A stretch of DNA of 64,000 bases from NCBI GenBank assembly GCA_965235115.1, contig OZ249436.1:59582001-59646000 (forward strand), written 5' to 3'. This document shows positions 62,132-64,000 of this stretch, piece by piece (position 1 is the stretch's first letter; the number at the start of each line of letters is the position of its first letter). The stretch is from Laetmonice hystrix (Eukaryota). Position numbers and translations under genes: made by a program. Under the pieces are notes generated by a model. The model searched no databases. It had not been told where the DNA came from and saw nothing but the letters and a program-made list of their open reading frames with translations.

Positions 62132-63434
62132 CTCCACTGTATTTTAATTTATTGAGTGATTGTGGCTGAGTGTCCCATGGAAGTCTGGCATATGCAGTTG
62201 TCAGTGATACAGAGGCCACATGTCGGCTACGCTCATGAAAAGTCAATTACGGGATGATCCCTGTCGGAATATCGGCGGCAGTAATATGATATGATGATCT
62301 TGGGCCGATAGCATGCACAATGAAAACAAATCTGAGCCATCAGGGCAGCAGCGGACAGCCAAGGCGTGGACCAGCGCCACTGGATTCGGCACAAATTGCA
62401 CAAATTGATCTCCCCCACTTGGGCCAATGTTTATAAATGTTCGGAGTCCTTTTGGCAAATAGCACTGGCCGTGTAGGTAATCATGTTTTGGCCATGGTGT
62501 GGACATTAGCAAACAGCAGCAGAGGCAAAGGAAATGGGGGGAAAGCTAGTTTGTTGAGTCGTTGGGATGTGTAGGGAGGGGGCTCTGTACGAGTGGAGGC
62601 TGTCTGGACAGTGTACTAAGTCTCTAACACTTAGACTGGTACGGCATTGCCGCTATACTGCACCCACTAGCATCGCTCAAAACAAAACAAGGGATAATTT
62701 GACAGACTTTACAGCTGAATTAGAAATACTTCAGCTTTGCCGGGCTGAACAGGACAGGTATGTGAAAGACTAACCAGACATAAGTGAAGGCATGTTTGCC
62801 AACAGATAGTCGGTATTTAGGCACTGATCTTGGGGACCAGGCCAGAACATTTTTGGCGGCGAGAAAACACTCGGCAGAACCTGAACATTCCAACACCTAA
62901 ATCCACTTGAACTGAACGTGTAGGTTATGAAAATATCGGAATGCAAGGTCGCTAATGGATTAAAAAACAAGGCGGAGTTGAGGGAAAGTCGTGCTGAAGT
63001 TGGAGGTGTTTGCCAGGATGATCACGTAGTCGGGGTAGTTTTGGTTTGTGTTGCGAAGGTAGCGTTTGGTGCAGAGTCAGTGCAGTTCTCGCCTGCCACC
63101 AATGGAAGGATAACCTATCCATTACACGAGGACGGAACGCATTTCTTTACTCTCTCTCTCCCTCTCTCTCTCCTTCCACATCTGCTTTCTGTCACCGTCT
63201 ACATGACTCTGGAATCCTCCCTGCCAGAGATGACGGCTTCCAAAAAAACAAACCCAGCACACGAGCCACAACATACCTGTCAGATACCAACCCTGTATAA
63301 CTAATGAGCTTAAAAATAATGGCATCATTAGGAGTACTTTGATCGCATCACTTCCTGTGAAAACCCGTACAGAAAACTAATCCTTTGTGGCTGGTGTGAA
63401 TGTCATAAAAAGATTACCACTGGATGTGGGGTGA

Positions 63435-63460
63435 TGGTGGTGGTGGTGGTGGTGGTGGTG
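63435..63460. repeat. (TGG)8 microsatellite
   Basis: Read directly from the sequence. It explains the poly-His in the spurious minus-strand ORF 63377-63559. Confidence 0.9.
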
Positions 63461-63639
63461 AGGTGGATGAAGTAAGCCTGGGGTAAGATTATGGTGGTTG
63501 GTTGATGTAGGGGTACGGGTGGAACCCCTGCCGCCAGCCGCCGTGCCTTCCCCGTACACTCTGCTGTATATTCACACCTCACTTGATGCGCTGACTCTGA
63601 TCTGTGGTGGAAGGTGGCCCCCTCAAAGGTATAAGATGA

Positions 63640-63653
63640 CCGCCCCCTGATGG
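63640..63653 (-). promoter_or_regulatory. CTCF-like motif
   Basis: The reverse complement is CCATCAGGGGGCGG, a 13/14 match to CCASYAGRKGGCRS. Confidence 0.28.
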
Positions 63654-64000
63654 GTCCCAACTAGCGGGCGTACCTAGCCAAAGTAACTAGGCCTGATTAT
63701 GCTGCCAGGGGGTCGGGAGGTATACCCGGGTCCCAAGTCGGTGCCTGCCAAACCAGCTATCAAAGCTGGCTCGCCGGCACCCCTCCTACATGTGTCCGAT
63801 ACGACCGACCATAGATCACGGTCCGTGCCATCTGCTTACACCTATCTCACCTGACTAAGTATAACACCTGCAGATAGACGCTCCCGACTCCCACCCTAGG
63901 GCCTAATCACCGCTAACATCACACACCCTCAGTACACGGGTCGTCAGTGTGTTTAAAACGTCCGCTCCCTATTGTAGGCGTAATGCTTATCTTCACATGC

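Larger units (their letters stand above)
50169..64000 (+). other. Probable downstream intron of the TCF gene (at least 13.8 kb); next exon and HMG box lie beyond the window
   Basis: There is a gtacgt donor at 50169. I found no phase-2 exon with a TCF-like continuation (W-H/L..MYP..GF) and no HMG-box sequence (KKPLNAF) before the window end. Confidence 0.55.

Noticed and set aside
62635-62757. Possible 123-nt phase-2 exon ending at CAG|GTATGT
   Set aside because: Splicing from the TG| donor would create TGA at the junction, and the branch-like CTAAC is too close to the AG.
63740-63781. Nested hairpin (6+6 bp) with ATCAA loop near the window end
   Set aside because: The stems are short and separated by a large internal loop, so it is not pre-miRNA-like.

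Overview
This is eukaryotic (animal) genomic DNA with GC in the mid-40s percent by eye, and it is almost entirely non-coding. The only coding sequence I can support is two internal exons of a TCF/LEF (pangolin-type) Wnt-effector gene on the + strand. They are 31040-31175 (GSKVPGV...QPPPAHMGIPPVHIDPKTG) and 50078-50168 (GLPRPPMY...SPEFSQVQW), and they splice together in frame across an 18.9-kb GT-AG intron. The peptides look invertebrate-bilaterian, most like lophotrochozoan TCF (inference from memory, not a search). I found neither the beta-catenin-binding N-terminus nor the HMG box, so the whole window probably lies inside one large TCF gene. The introns contain many short GC/CpG-rich islands with transcription-factor-like motifs: TCF HMG plus Helper pairs, a K50-homeodomain cluster, PBX-MEIS, CTCF-like and E-box sites. 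They also hold long G/C runs and several candidate alternative-splicing signals. I recognised no transposon ORF, RNA gene or CRISPR array. The leading hypotheses, all untested, are an autoregulatory Wnt loop with an internal promoter making N-truncated TCF, a recursive splice site at the midpoint of the 18.9-kb intron, and frame-preserving cassette exons.
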